From the IMG/VR virus record IMGVR_UViG_3300005077_000064, positions 1 through 34,423 of that record: DNA of 34,423 nt; one strand, 5' to 3'. The translations under genes and the position numbers were made by a program. Of this stretch, positions 8,223 to 16,669 are shown one piece after another (position 1 is the stretch's first letter; every line of letters begins with the position of its first letter). The notes under the pieces are model-generated. The model was not told where the DNA came from. It saw only the letters and a list, made by a program, of their open reading frames with translations, and made no database searches. This DNA is from a virus (Duplodnaviria > Caudoviricetes).

Positions 8223-11120
8223 ATGACGATTTATTTGCGAAAATCCACTGCGTCCCAAGAGATTCCCTTGGGCTTCTTCCTCGATTCTGCGGACGGAGAT
8301 TCTGAGGAAACGGGACTGACGATTGCGAACACCAGCATAAAATTGTGGAAGGCTGGAGCAACCACGCTGGCGAATAAGAACAGCGGCGGGGCAACGCATA
8401 TCTCCAATGGCCTCTACTACGCGGTCCTCGACGCCACCGATACGGACACTCTCGGATCGCTGGTGATTTTCGTTCATGTCTCTGGGGCTTTGGCCGTCCG
8501 CGTGGATTGCGTCGTGCTACCCGAGAATGTTTACGATTCTTTGATTGCGGGAACGGATAAGCTCGATGTCAATGCGGCCGAGCTAGGAGGCACTACTCAA
8601 ACTGGCCGCAATATTGGGGCGAGCGTCTTGCTATCTAGTGGCACGGGGACGGGACAGATCAGTCTCAGCAGTGGCCAAGTGACGGCGGGAACCGTAGCGG
8701 ATAAAACCGGATATGCTCTAACCTCAGCCTATGACGCAGCCAAGTCGGCAGCCAGCCAATCGAGCGTGAATACGATTGATTCGATCGTTGATGCTATCCT
8801 ATTGGATACCGGGACTGATGGAGTAGTCGTTGCCTCTGCGAGCAAGAGCGGATATAGCTTGGCGGCGAATCAAAGTAGCGTGACGATCGGCACCGTGACC
8901 ACGCTGACCAATCTGCCGGCGATTACGGCGAATTGGTTGACCGCTGCCGGGCTTGCGGCAGACGCAGTGACTGAGATCCAGTCGGGGCTGGCGACGGCGG
9001 CGAATCAAGCGACGATCATTGGATATGTGGACTGCATGCCAGCTTCGTGGACCACCCCCTTGAATGCAGCGGAAGTGCGATCTGCCGTGGGACTCGCCTC
9101 CGCCAATCTAGATACGCAGTTGGGCGATATCCCGACTGTGGCCGAATTTGAGGCTCGCTCTCTGCTCGCTGCTTCCTATCTCAATGCAGCCGGAGTGAGG
9201 TCCGCGATTGGCCTCTCTTCTGCTAATCTCGATACGCAGCTGGGCGATATCCCGACTGTTTCTGAATTTGAGGCTCGGACTTTGCCCGCCGCTTCCTATC
9301 TCGATGCCTCAGGTATTCGGTCGGCAATCGGCCTCTCTTCCGCCAATCTCGATACGCAGTTGGGTAATATCCCGACTGTGGCCGAATTTGAGGCTCGGTC
9401 TCTCGCGGCTGCAGATTATTTCGTCGTCTCTGATTACTCCTCTCCGCCTTCGGCCGAGAGCATTGCAGATGCCGTATGGGACGAAATTTTGGCGGAGCAT
9501 ACAGGGATGGGTTCGGTGGGCGAGGCGATGGAAGCCTTGGTCACAGTCATCTTATCTGGCGCAGATCCTTGGGAAACTCTCCTGCCCGGATCTTATGAGC
9601 CGGGAACGGCAGGATTCATTTTGGGCACTTACTTGGATGCCGTTTTGTCAGATCGGACCTTATCCGCCTCCTCCTATCTCGAAGCCTCAGATATTCGGGC
9701 AGCAATCGGCCTCGCCGCCGCCAATCTCGATACGCAGCTGGGTAATATCCCGACTGTTTCTGAATTTGAGGCTCGGACTTTGCTCGCCGCTTCCTATCTC
9801 GATGCGGCTGGGGTCAGGTCTGCGATTGGCCTTGCCTCTGCTAATCTCGATTCTCAGCTTGGGAACATCCCGACCGTTTCTGAATTTGAGGATCGGACTT
9901 TGCCCGCGGCCGCCTATGTCCAGTCGGATTATGTACTCGGGTTCTTCCAGCTGCTCTGCCGAAGCGATTCGATTGTTACGGTAGATCGAGCCTACTGGCA
10001 AATGCAATTGAATGCTGACGATGACGGAGGGTATCCCGGCTCCTACGATAATCGTTATGACAGCCTTGAAGCCCTGCGCGCTCGATCCGATGCCGTAACG
10101 GATTCCATCCCGACGCTCTATGATATTTTGCAAAAGGTGGACTCGACTTTAGAGGCGAGCGGAATCAAGTGGAAATTCACCGAAGATGCTCTATCCAACG
10201 CGCCGAGTGGAGGAAGTGGCGGTGATGATCCTTGGGAAACTCTCCTGCCCGGATCTTATGAGCCGGGAACGGCAGGATTCATTTTGGGCACTTACTTGGA
10301 TGCGGCATTGACCTCTACAATCGCAAACTCATTGCCCGAAAACTTCTCTTCTCTTTCGATCAATGCTGGCGGGACAGTTGACTCAAATCTCGTTCAGGTA
10401 GGTGGATTCAATCTGTTTGGATCAGCGGAGCAGATCGCCGCAGGAATGTCTCACTTCTTCAATGTGGAATCTCCGGCGTTGACCGTAGAGACTACTATCG
10501 AAGATGGAGTGGCGGCGGCGATAGCGGAGATCACTGGAATTGGTTCCGGGCCTTATGCGTGCGAGTGGACGGTCGAATATGACGGCACTCCTCTGGCCGG
10601 TGCTTTGGTGGCTCTGTATTTATCCGGCACTCTAAAGGGACGAGGGACGACGGACGAAGATGGGCGGGTCTCGATGAGTCTGGCGGCCGGCCCTTATGAA
10701 GTAGTGATCGTTCGTGAAGGCTACATTCACTCGCCGGAGAATTATGAGGTCACCGCAGAGGAAGAGACTTGGGAAAATGTTTTTGATTCTCTGGTTCTGG
10801 TCGCTTCGGTCCCAAGCCCTCCAAGCGATCAGCAATGCAGCGGGTTCTCTTATGTCTACGACGAGGACGGAGAGGTTGAGTCCGGAGTGACGATCATCGC
10901 GAGGCTGATCGAAGAGCCATCGGGGAGTGGGGTGGTGTGTGGAAATGCAGAGCGATCTGAGATTAGCGCCGTCAATGGGTTGGTCGTCTTTAGCAATCTT
11001 TGGATCGGCGGCTCTTATGAGTTCCGTCGAAGTGGATCGACCGTGAAGAAGTTCGTCACCATCAGCGCTGATGACTTGGATGAGGAGGGGAGATACCCTC
11101 TGCCGAATTTCCGCGGATGA
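8223..11120 (+). CDS. Large repeat-containing fibre-like structural protein with C-terminal Ig/transthyretin-like domains
   Basis: Likely start MTIYLRKSTASQ at 8223 (TAAtATG after the previous gene). Ala/Ser/Thr-rich, five 40-aa repeats, ADAVWDE motif, and C-terminal GTPLAGALVALY...TTDEDGRVSMSLAAGPYEVVIVREGY (carboxypeptidase-regulatory-like pattern). Confidence 0.75.
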   Translation: MTIYLRKSTASQEIPLGFFLDSADGDSEETGLTIANTSIKLWKAGATTLANKNSGGATHISNGLYYAVLDATDTDTLGSLVIFVHVSGALAVRVDCVVLPENVYDSLIAGTDKLDVNAAELGGTTQTGRNIGASVLLSSGTGTGQISLSSGQVTAGTVADKTGYALTSAYDAAKSAASQSSVNTIDSIVDAILLDTGTDGVVVASASKSGYSLAANQSSVTIGTVTTLTNLPAITANWLTAAGLAADAVTEIQSGLATAANQATIIGYVDCMPASWTTPLNAAEVRSAVGLASANLDTQLGDIPTVAEFEARSLLAASYLNAAGVRSAIGLSSANLDTQLGDIPTVSEFEARTLPAASYLDASGIRSAIGLSSANLDTQLGNIPTVAEFEARSLAAADYFVVSDYSSPPSAESIADAVWDEILAEHTGMGSVGEAMEALVTVILSGADPWETLLPGSYEPGTAGFILGTYLDAVLSDRTLSASSYLEASDIRAAIGLAAANLDTQLGNIPTVSEFEARTLLAASYLDAAGVRSAIGLASANLDSQLGNIPTVSEFEDRTLPAAAYVQSDYVLGFFQLLCRSDSIVTVDRAYWQMQLNADDDGGYPGSYDNRYDSLEALRARSDAVTDSIPTLYDILQKVDSTLEASGIKWKFTEDALSNAPSGGSGGDDPWETLLPGSYEPGTAGFILGTYLDAALTSTIANSLPENFSSLSINAGGTVDSNLVQVGGFNLFGSAEQIAAGMSHFFNVESPALTVETTIEDGVAAAIAEITGIGSGPYACEWTVEYDGTPLAGALVALYLSGTLKGRGTTDEDGRVSMSLAAGPYEVVIVREGYIHSPENYEVTAEEETWENVFDSLVLVASVPSPPSDQQCSGFSYVYDEDGEVESGVTIIARLIEEPSGSGVVCGNAERSEISAVNGLVVFSNLWIGGSYEFRRSGSTVKKFVTISADDLDEEGRYPLPNFRG
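9091..9420 (+). repeat. 120-bp (40-aa) tandem repeat, ~2.75 copies
   Basis: Units start at 9091, 9211 and 9331 and encode GL(A/S)SANLDTQLG(D/N)IPTV(A/S)EFEAR... Confidence 0.95.
9564..9640 (+). repeat. 77-bp exact direct repeat, copy 1
   Basis: gatccttgggaaactc...cacttacttggatgc is identical to 10227-10303 (DPWETLLPGSYEPGTAGFILGTYLDA). Confidence 0.97.
9709..9918 (+). repeat. Second block of the same 120-bp repeat, ~1.75 copies
   Basis: Units start at 9709 and 9829 and encode the same ANLDxQLGNIPTVSEFE core. Confidence 0.93.
10227..10303 (+). repeat. 77-bp exact direct repeat, copy 2
   Basis: Base-for-base identical to 9564-9640, 663 nt (221 codons) downstream and in frame. Confidence 0.97.
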
Positions 11121-11129
11121 TCGAAATAG

Positions 11130-11172
11130 ATAGTGAGTAGATTCTCGAAGAAGCCCAATAATAAAAGGGTGG
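11130..11172 (+). promoter_or_regulatory. Putative phage late promoter motif, copy 2
   Basis: ATAGTGAG-N20-ATAATAAAAGGGTGG upstream of the prohead protease, matching 3394-3435. Confidence 0.4.
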
Positions 11173-11196
11173 AATTCACTCAAGAGGGAACCCGAG

Positions 11197-12684
11197 ATGA
11201 TTCTGTTTTCTGAGATTATCAGCAATTTGAAGGCCAACGGGGCTTTGCGATGGGCGGAGCTCGAAGGCCGTCGCTATGCGGTCGTTCCCGTCGTGATGGC
11301 AGGGGTTGGGGTTCTGAATGGGTCGAAGGGGGCTCTCTTCTACCCTCCGGAGGAATTCGATAAGAGCGCCTCCGACTGGAACGGAAGGCCGATCATCGTC
11401 TATCACTCTGAACTCAACGGGGTCGAAGTCTCGGCCGCCTCGCCGGAGATCTTCGAGAGGCAGAGAGTCGGGATCGTCTTCAATGCCTCCTTTGTCGATG
11501 GGAAGCTGAAGGCAGAGGCATGGATTGATGAAGTGAAAGCAAATCTCGTCGATCCCCGGGTGATGAAGGCCATCACGACGAATGCGAAGATGGAAGTCTC
11601 AACGGGACTGAGGGTCGATGTGATCAACGAGGCGGGCTCCTTCGGAGAATCGGCCTTCATCGGGAAAGCGGTCAATCATCGGCCGGACCATCTCGCCCTG
11701 CTCCCCGATCAGATCGGGGCCTTCTCCGTCGCGGATGGCGGAGGGCTCTTGGCGAACAAGAAGGGAGAGGGTCTCGACGAGATCGGGTTCAATCCCAAGA
11801 GAATCGATTCTCTCATTGGGAATGCTCTTTCGTTCGGGGACATTCGCAAGAGGCTCTCGTCTCTCTTGCGGGAGAGATTCCCTTCCTCGCCGGCCGAAGG
11901 CGATGGGCCTTCCTCCCCTCGCATCTGGGTTGAGGAGGTCTTCGATAAGTTCGTGATCTATGAGAGGGAAGATGCGACAGGCTCCTCTCTCTTCTCACTC
12001 TCATACTCCCGCGCGGGAGATGAGATTTCGTTAGGGGGAGAAATCCCTCTGCAGGTTTTCTCCTCCCAAGTCTTCAAGACAGCTGACGGGAGGGTCATTT
12101 CCAACTCTGAAGGAGGGTCGATTTCTATGGCAGCGAAGTTTGATAAGAAGGCATTCGTTGACGGCATCATCGCCAACGAGAAAAGCCCCTTCGGCGAGGA
12201 TGACCGGGCCTCGTTGATGGACATGGCGGAACCGGTTCTGAAGAAGCTGGAGTCCGTCGAGAAGCCGGCCGAATCGATCAGCGGGAGTGATCCGGAAGCG
12301 GTCGCGAACGCAGCGAAGAAGGGGGCGGCTCCCGTTTCGGGCGCTCCGCAGAATGATCCTCCGGCGAAGCCGAAGACGATGACCCTCGAAGAGGTCATCG
12401 CGAATGCTTCCCCGGAGGACCAAGACGCCTTCCAAGAGATGAAGGCATCGCACCAGCGAGAGAAGGGGCAGCTCATCTCCGTCATCGTCGGGAACGAGCG
12501 GAATGCGTGGACGAAGGAGGAGCTCTCCTCGATGCGTCTGCCGCAGCTGCGGAAGATCGCGGCCCTCGCCGCCGGCGAGAAGAAGGAGGATGTTTCGGCG
12601 GTCGCCAACTACGCTGGGTCCATCGGATCGTCGGGCGACGTGGAGCCCTCGCAGGCTCCCCTCGGCCTGCCGAAGTGGGAGTAG
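11197..12684 (+). CDS. Prohead protease/scaffold fusion (DUF2213-like)
   Basis: VPVVMAGVGVLNG...WNGRPIIVYH...EVSTG...PDHLALLPDQIGA motifs, a low-complexity charged/helical C-terminal half, and position before decoration and capsid genes. Confidence 0.85.
   Translation: MILFSEIISNLKANGALRWAELEGRRYAVVPVVMAGVGVLNGSKGALFYPPEEFDKSASDWNGRPIIVYHSELNGVEVSAASPEIFERQRVGIVFNASFVDGKLKAEAWIDEVKANLVDPRVMKAITTNAKMEVSTGLRVDVINEAGSFGESAFIGKAVNHRPDHLALLPDQIGAFSVADGGGLLANKKGEGLDEIGFNPKRIDSLIGNALSFGDIRKRLSSLLRERFPSSPAEGDGPSSPRIWVEEVFDKFVIYEREDATGSSLFSLSYSRAGDEISLGGEIPLQVFSSQVFKTADGRVISNSEGGSISMAAKFDKKAFVDGIIANEKSPFGEDDRASLMDMAEPVLKKLESVEKPAESISGSDPEAVANAAKKGAAPVSGAPQNDPPAKPKTMTLEEVIANASPEDQDAFQEMKASHQREKGQLISVIVGNERNAWTKEELSSMRLPQLRKIAALAAGEKKEDVSAVANYAGSIGSSGDVEPSQAPLGLPKWE
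12127..12684 (+). CDS. Nested in-frame scaffold protein (internal start)
   Basis: AAGGAGG at 12110-12116, 10 nt before an in-frame ATG (MAAKFDKKAF...). Analogous to lambda Nu3 within C and Mu Z within I. Confidence 0.55.
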   Translation: MAAKFDKKAFVDGIIANEKSPFGEDDRASLMDMAEPVLKKLESVEKPAESISGSDPEAVANAAKKGAAPVSGAPQNDPPAKPKTMTLEEVIANASPEDQDAFQEMKASHQREKGQLISVIVGNERNAWTKEELSSMRLPQLRKIAALAAGEKKEDVSAVANYAGSIGSSGDVEPSQAPLGLPKWE

Positions 12685-12770
12685 ATCTCTAGTAGATCTA
12701 CCTCTCCCTTTCCCATGAGAGAAGAATCGGTTTTTGAGAATCTCAAATCACTGAAGGAGGAAGAAGACTC

Positions 12771-13235
12771 ATGGCTCTTACGACGAAGCGAACGATCATC
12801 TCGAATGATAAGCCCCGTGGGGTTCGGGATGAGGGGAAGACCGCGGCGGGCTCGGCCGTGTATCCGGGGCAGGCCGTCGAGATGAATTCTTCGGGGCTCT
12901 ACGACGAGGTCGCTTCGACCGCGGCGGAGTATACGAAGAAGCGCCTCATGGTCGCGACGGAAGAAGTCCACCATCACGAAGGGCAGACCGTCAACGATGT
13001 CTACGACGCGGGTGAGCAGTTCGCCTACTTCATCCCCGCGCCTGGCGAGGAAGTCAATGTGCTCGTCAAGAGCGGGGAGGATATCGACATCGGCGATGTC
13101 CTGACGGTCGCCGGCGGCGGCTCCGGCCTCTTCGTCGAGGCGTCCGGATCGGAGGCGAAGTATTTGGTCGAGTCGATGGAAGACAGCGGCGGGGCTCTCT
13201 CGGCCAACGCCCTCGTCCGTTGCCGCGTCCTCTAG
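12771..13235 (+). CDS. Capsid decoration/cement protein
   Basis: 154 aa, small-residue beta-rich (AVYPGQAV..., IDIGDVLTVAGGG), located between scaffold and capsid, strong AAGGAGG RBS. Confidence 0.75.
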   Translation: MALTTKRTIISNDKPRGVRDEGKTAAGSAVYPGQAVEMNSSGLYDEVASTAAEYTKKRLMVATEEVHHHEGQTVNDVYDAGEQFAYFIPAPGEEVNVLVKSGEDIDIGDVLTVAGGGSGLFVEASGSEAKYLVESMEDSGGALSANALVRCRVL

Positions 13236-13310
13236 TCGAGGGCGCTTCTCAGATTGGCCCTAGAGACAGGGCGCACTAAACATCACTGCTTTTTAGGAGG
13301 ATTGAAAGAG

Positions 13311-14414
13311 ATGATCGGAGCGAAGATCGACAATTTTCTGCTGAACAACGTCGCGCATGGGACGATCGCCCAGAAGCTCTTGGCGACGGACGGGAATGTC
13401 TGCGTCCTGCGTCCCTATCTGGGCGATGACGGAAGGACTCCGTACATCGATGTCCCCGTGAAGAATTCCGACGGGACGCAGGGCTGGAAAGCGCAGCGGG
13501 TTTCCAACGCAACGGCGGTCCTCCGCAAGGAGGAATGGAATGCCTTTGACAAGGCAGTGATCACCGCTGCGAAGCCCGTCATGCGCGCGGTGAATGATCT
13601 GCGGGCGGCCGGCCTCACCTACAATATGCCGAACGGCTGGGCCTCGACGACTCTGCAATGGGAAACCCGTTCGGGGATCAATCCCGCGCAGATCTCGATG
13701 AGCGGCCGGGTGCAGGGGAAGAGGGATCGGGTCCACTACGAATTGGAAGGGCTGCCCCTTCCGATTATCTCGTATGGGTTCGAGCTGGATGCGAGGAATC
13801 TCGCGACCTCGCGACGCATGGGCTCGCCGCTCGATACGACGATGGCGGAAGAGGCGGGAGAGCAGGTCGCCATCATGGCGGAGAAACTGCTCATCGGGGC
13901 GGAGACTTGGAATACCTTCGCGGGCTATTCCATCGCCGGCTATACGACCCATTCGGATCGGCTGACGAAGAGCCTCACGAATCCGGCCTCCGCCGATCCG
14001 ATGACGATCGTCAATGAGGTCATCGCGATGGTTCAGCAGGCCCAGGACGCCTATCACTATGGGCCCTTCTGGCTCTACTACTCCCCGGCTTGGTCTCAGT
14101 ATATGAGCCGGGATTATGCCTCCTCGTCCTATTACGGGACGGGGACGGCCACCGGGCGGACGATCAAAGAGCGCATCATGCAGATCGACCAAATTCAGCG
14201 CTGCGAGATGCTCTCCTATCTGCCGGACTCGACGCTCATCCTCGTCGAGCCCAAGCAGAGGATCGTTCGCGAAGTGATCGGGATGGACGTGACGACCCTG
14301 CAATGGGAGACGGACGGCGGCATGGGGATCAATTTCCTTGTGATGGCGATCCTCGTTCCCAATCTGCGGTCGGATCAGAACAACCGCATGGGCCTCGTGC
14401 ATGGCTCCGTCTAG
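13311..14414 (+). CDS. Major capsid protein (HK97 fold, Linocin-M18/encapsulin-like branch)
   Basis: AGGAGG RBS before ATG 13311 (preferred over TTG 13254). LRKEEWNAFDKAV, LPLPIISYGF, PLDTTMAEEAG and terminal VPNLRSD...GLVH motifs. Followed by a terminator. Confidence 0.9.
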   Translation: MIGAKIDNFLLNNVAHGTIAQKLLATDGNVCVLRPYLGDDGRTPYIDVPVKNSDGTQGWKAQRVSNATAVLRKEEWNAFDKAVITAAKPVMRAVNDLRAAGLTYNMPNGWASTTLQWETRSGINPAQISMSGRVQGKRDRVHYELEGLPLPIISYGFELDARNLATSRRMGSPLDTTMAEEAGEQVAIMAEKLLIGAETWNTFAGYSIAGYTTHSDRLTKSLTNPASADPMTIVNEVIAMVQQAQDAYHYGPFWLYYSPAWSQYMSRDYASSSYYGTGTATGRTIKERIMQIDQIQRCEMLSYLPDSTLILVEPKQRIVREVIGMDVTTLQWETDGGMGINFLVMAILVPNLRSDQNNRMGLVHGSV

Positions 14415-14434
14415 TCTCTCCGACTGGGCGCGGT

Positions 14435-14474
14435 GGGGGCTGCTGGGTTGGAGAGGGCCCAGCAGCCCCCTTTT
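14435..14474 (+). terminator. Intrinsic terminator after the capsid gene
   Basis: Perfect 13-bp stem gggggctgctggg / cccagcagccccc, 10-nt loop, then TTTT. Confidence 0.85.
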
Positions 14475-14511
14475 GTAGAGAATCCTCTCATAGAACCCAG
14501 AGGAAAGAAAG

Positions 14512-14937
14512 ATGCCTTATTTCAAGTTGCTGGGAGGCGGGGATCATCGCGGGGTGAATGGGGAAAGCTTCACCAAGGATTCTCCGGCCTTTTTCGACGA
14601 GAGGGATCTCGACGAGATTTTCGTCAATCGCTTCGAGAGGGCCGAGGCTCCCAAGCCCAAGGTCATCCCCGCGACCTCGCCGGAGACGGAGGAGGAGGAA
14701 GAAGAGGGAGAGAATTCTCCCAAGCCCAAGAGAAAGAAGGTAAAGAAGACCTTCTCCAGTTTGGGCGAGGATCGTTCTGCCGAGTTCCCCATCGCCGGAG
14801 AGAACGATCTCTCAGTGATCGGGGTCGAGGGAGGAAAGTTCATCGTGGTCGAGAAGGAAATGCCCGACAAGGCGGTGAGCCCAAAACTGATGAAGCGGAA
14901 AGTCGTCGACTGGATTGAGTCTTACCTGAGCGAGTAG
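14512..14937 (+). CDS. Hypothetical protein downstream of capsid (acidic/basic low-complexity linker)
   Basis: 141 aa, GAGGA RBS, poly-Glu then KPKRKK. This slot after the major capsid gene is typical. Confidence 0.7.
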   Translation: MPYFKLLGGGDHRGVNGESFTKDSPAFFDERDLDEIFVNRFERAEAPKPKVIPATSPETEEEEEEGENSPKPKRKKVKKTFSSLGEDRSAEFPIAGENDLSVIGVEGGKFIVVEKEMPDKAVSPKLMKRKVVDWIESYLSE

Positions 14938-14940
14938 AAT

Positions 14941-15372
14941 ATGACGGTTCGTTCGAGTGAAGCAGATGTTCAGGCGATCCTAAAGGATGCCTTTCAAACT
15001 GGGGACTCTCTGTCCCCTTTCATCATTGTCGCGAATCGGATCGTGACGAAGATCTGCATTTCGGACTCTTATGAATCGTTCGACTTGGAATTGATCGAGC
15101 GATATCTGTCCGCTCATTTCTATGCGTGCTCAGAAAGGCAGCACTCCTCAGAAAGAGCGGACGTCGTTCAACGATCCTTCACCGGGACAATGGAGAAGGG
15201 TCTTGATTTCACTCAATTCGGGCAGATGGCAAAGCGCCTCGCTTGGGAGGGGGAATTGACGGCCCTCGATAGCGGATCATCTGCTCGTTCGGTAGGGATG
15301 GATTGGCTGGGATCGACTCCGGACGACGATCACTTCGAGGAAGATTTCTGGAACGGATTAGCAGAGGGATAG
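14941..15372 (+). CDS. Head-tail adaptor (connector) protein
   Basis: 143 aa, IERYLSAHF and GLDFTQFGQMA motifs, first neck position. Confidence 0.72.
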   Translation: MTVRSSEADVQAILKDAFQTGDSLSPFIIVANRIVTKICISDSYESFDLELIERYLSAHFYACSERQHSSERADVVQRSFTGTMEKGLDFTQFGQMAKRLAWEGELTALDSGSSARSVGMDWLGSTPDDDHFEEDFWNGLAEG

Positions 15373-15376
15373 TCTC

Positions 15377-15739
15377 ATGGGGTGGATTGCGAACCTAATC
15401 GGGAGGTCTGCAGAGGCGGTCGTCTATTGGGCTCCGCTTCCAGTCGACTCTCATGGGCGTCCGGTCTATGCCTCTGCGGTCGAGATCTCTGCCCGATGGC
15501 AGGACGGGGTCCGGCTCTTCGTGAATATGAAAGGAGAGAATCAGGCAGGCAAAGCGACGATTTTCCCAGTGAGTCAGGATCTCGTAGTGAAAGGGTGGGT
15601 GTGGAGAGGGTCGCTGACGAGCATCCCGACCGCTGATCTGAAGAGGCCCTATAATGTTTCGGGGGCAAGCGAGATTCTCGCATGGGAGAAGATCCCCGAT
15701 ATCTCGAAGCGCGATTATCTGAGAAAGGCCATCGTATGA
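15377..15739 (+). CDS. Head closure/stopper protein
   Basis: 120 aa beta-rich, VYW...DSHGRP...ARWQD pattern, second neck position. Confidence 0.68.
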   Translation: MGWIANLIGRSAEAVVYWAPLPVDSHGRPVYASAVEISARWQDGVRLFVNMKGENQAGKATIFPVSQDLVVKGWVWRGSLTSIPTADLKRPYNVSGASEILAWEKIPDISKRDYLRKAIV

Positions 15740-16191
15740 ACCTCTGCGAAGTCAAGGGAGTGAAGAAGGTCGTGAGCGATCTTCAAGCTCGTCGGAAGGT
15801 CCATCGAAAGGCCATCGCCGCCGGCCTCGGCGCAGGGGCTCTCTTCCTTCAGAGAGAGAGTCAGAAGATCGTCCCGGTTCAGTTGGGGAATCTGAAGAAC
15901 TCTGCGGGCACTCGGATGGAAATGGGGTCGAGAATCGCCGCCGTCGTTTTCTATACCTCGGCCTATGCCGTCTATGTCCATGAGAACCCGAACGCTGCTC
16001 ACGGAGAGGCTTTCAATCTGAAGTATGCGAAGGAGATCTCAAAGGCGAAAGGGGCGGCGAGAGGGACGGCGAGAGGAGGGATGTTCAAGAGGGGACCGGC
16101 TCAGCAATTTAAGTTCCTAGAGAGGCCGGCGAGGGAGAAGAGAAAGCAGATTGCGGCCCTCGTCCTTCAAAGAGCAAAGGGAGCTCTCTAA
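15736..16191 (+). CDS. Tail completion/neck protein (HK97 gp10-like)
   Basis: ATGA overlap start at 15736. Basic protein with VPVQLGNLKNS, YAVYVHE and KFLERP motifs. Confidence 0.8.
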   Translation: MNLCEVKGVKKVVSDLQARRKVHRKAIAAGLGAGALFLQRESQKIVPVQLGNLKNSAGTRMEMGSRIAAVVFYTSAYAVYVHENPNAAHGEAFNLKYAKEISKAKGAARGTARGGMFKRGPAQQFKFLERPAREKRKQIAALVLQRAKGAL

Positions 16192-16652
16192 TGGACCACT
16201 CCCCTGCGGAGATTCTGCAGAAAGCTATGATCGATAGCGGGCTTGCCGAAGACCCGGGCTACTTGAGTTTAGGGATAGGGGCCCACACCCTATGGCCCGT
16301 CATCGAAAACTTCCAACCAGACGCTCCCGATAATGTGATTATTGTCTACGATACATCGGGCCTCGCTGGATCGAAGGGAATGATCAGCGGCGCTCGCTCT
16401 GAGAAGCCGGGTTTTGAGATTCTCGTTCGGGCGATGGAACGCTCCGATGCGAGGCAGAAGATTTCTTCAATCTCGACCTGGCTCTCGAAGTCTTTGAAGA
16501 GGACGGAGGTAGAGGTAGGAGAGGAGGGAGACGAATATCGGATTGAGTCCGTCACCCTCGTCGGAACGATTGCATTCGTAGGGGTAGAGCCGGACGGGAA
16601 GAGACGATCTCTCTTCTCTTTGAACGGACGAGTTTCGATTTCTCAGGTTTAG
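16191..16652 (+). CDS. Tail terminator protein
   Basis: TAATG overlap. PDAPDNVIIVYDT, PGFEILVR and RSLFSLN motifs. Immediately before the tail tube gene. Confidence 0.75.
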   Translation: MDHSPAEILQKAMIDSGLAEDPGYLSLGIGAHTLWPVIENFQPDAPDNVIIVYDTSGLAGSKGMISGARSEKPGFEILVRAMERSDARQKISSISTWLSKSLKRTEVEVGEEGDEYRIESVTLVGTIAFVGVEPDGKRRSLFSLNGRVSISQV

Positions 16653-16669
16653 CAGAAGGAGGTTTTCTC

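Noticed and set aside
9208-9984. 258-aa alternative-frame ORF with repeats
   Set aside because: It arises from the 120-bp repeats of the fibre gene, and no RBS or independent features are evident.
9091-10303. Repeats as DGR template/variable regions or a CRISPR array
   Set aside because: No reverse transcriptase or cas genes are in the window. Differences among the 120-bp units are not adenine-specific, the 77-bp pair is identical, there are no unique spacers, and all copies are in-frame coding.
12681-12701. Hairpin gtagatct/agatctac at the scaffold stop as a terminator
   Set aside because: Short, AT-richer stem with no adjacent U-tract, built from GATC words that are common in this genome.
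13293-14402. 369-aa ORF antisense to the major capsid gene
   Set aside because: Shadow of biased codon usage on the opposite strand, with no motifs. The sense gene is clearly the capsid.
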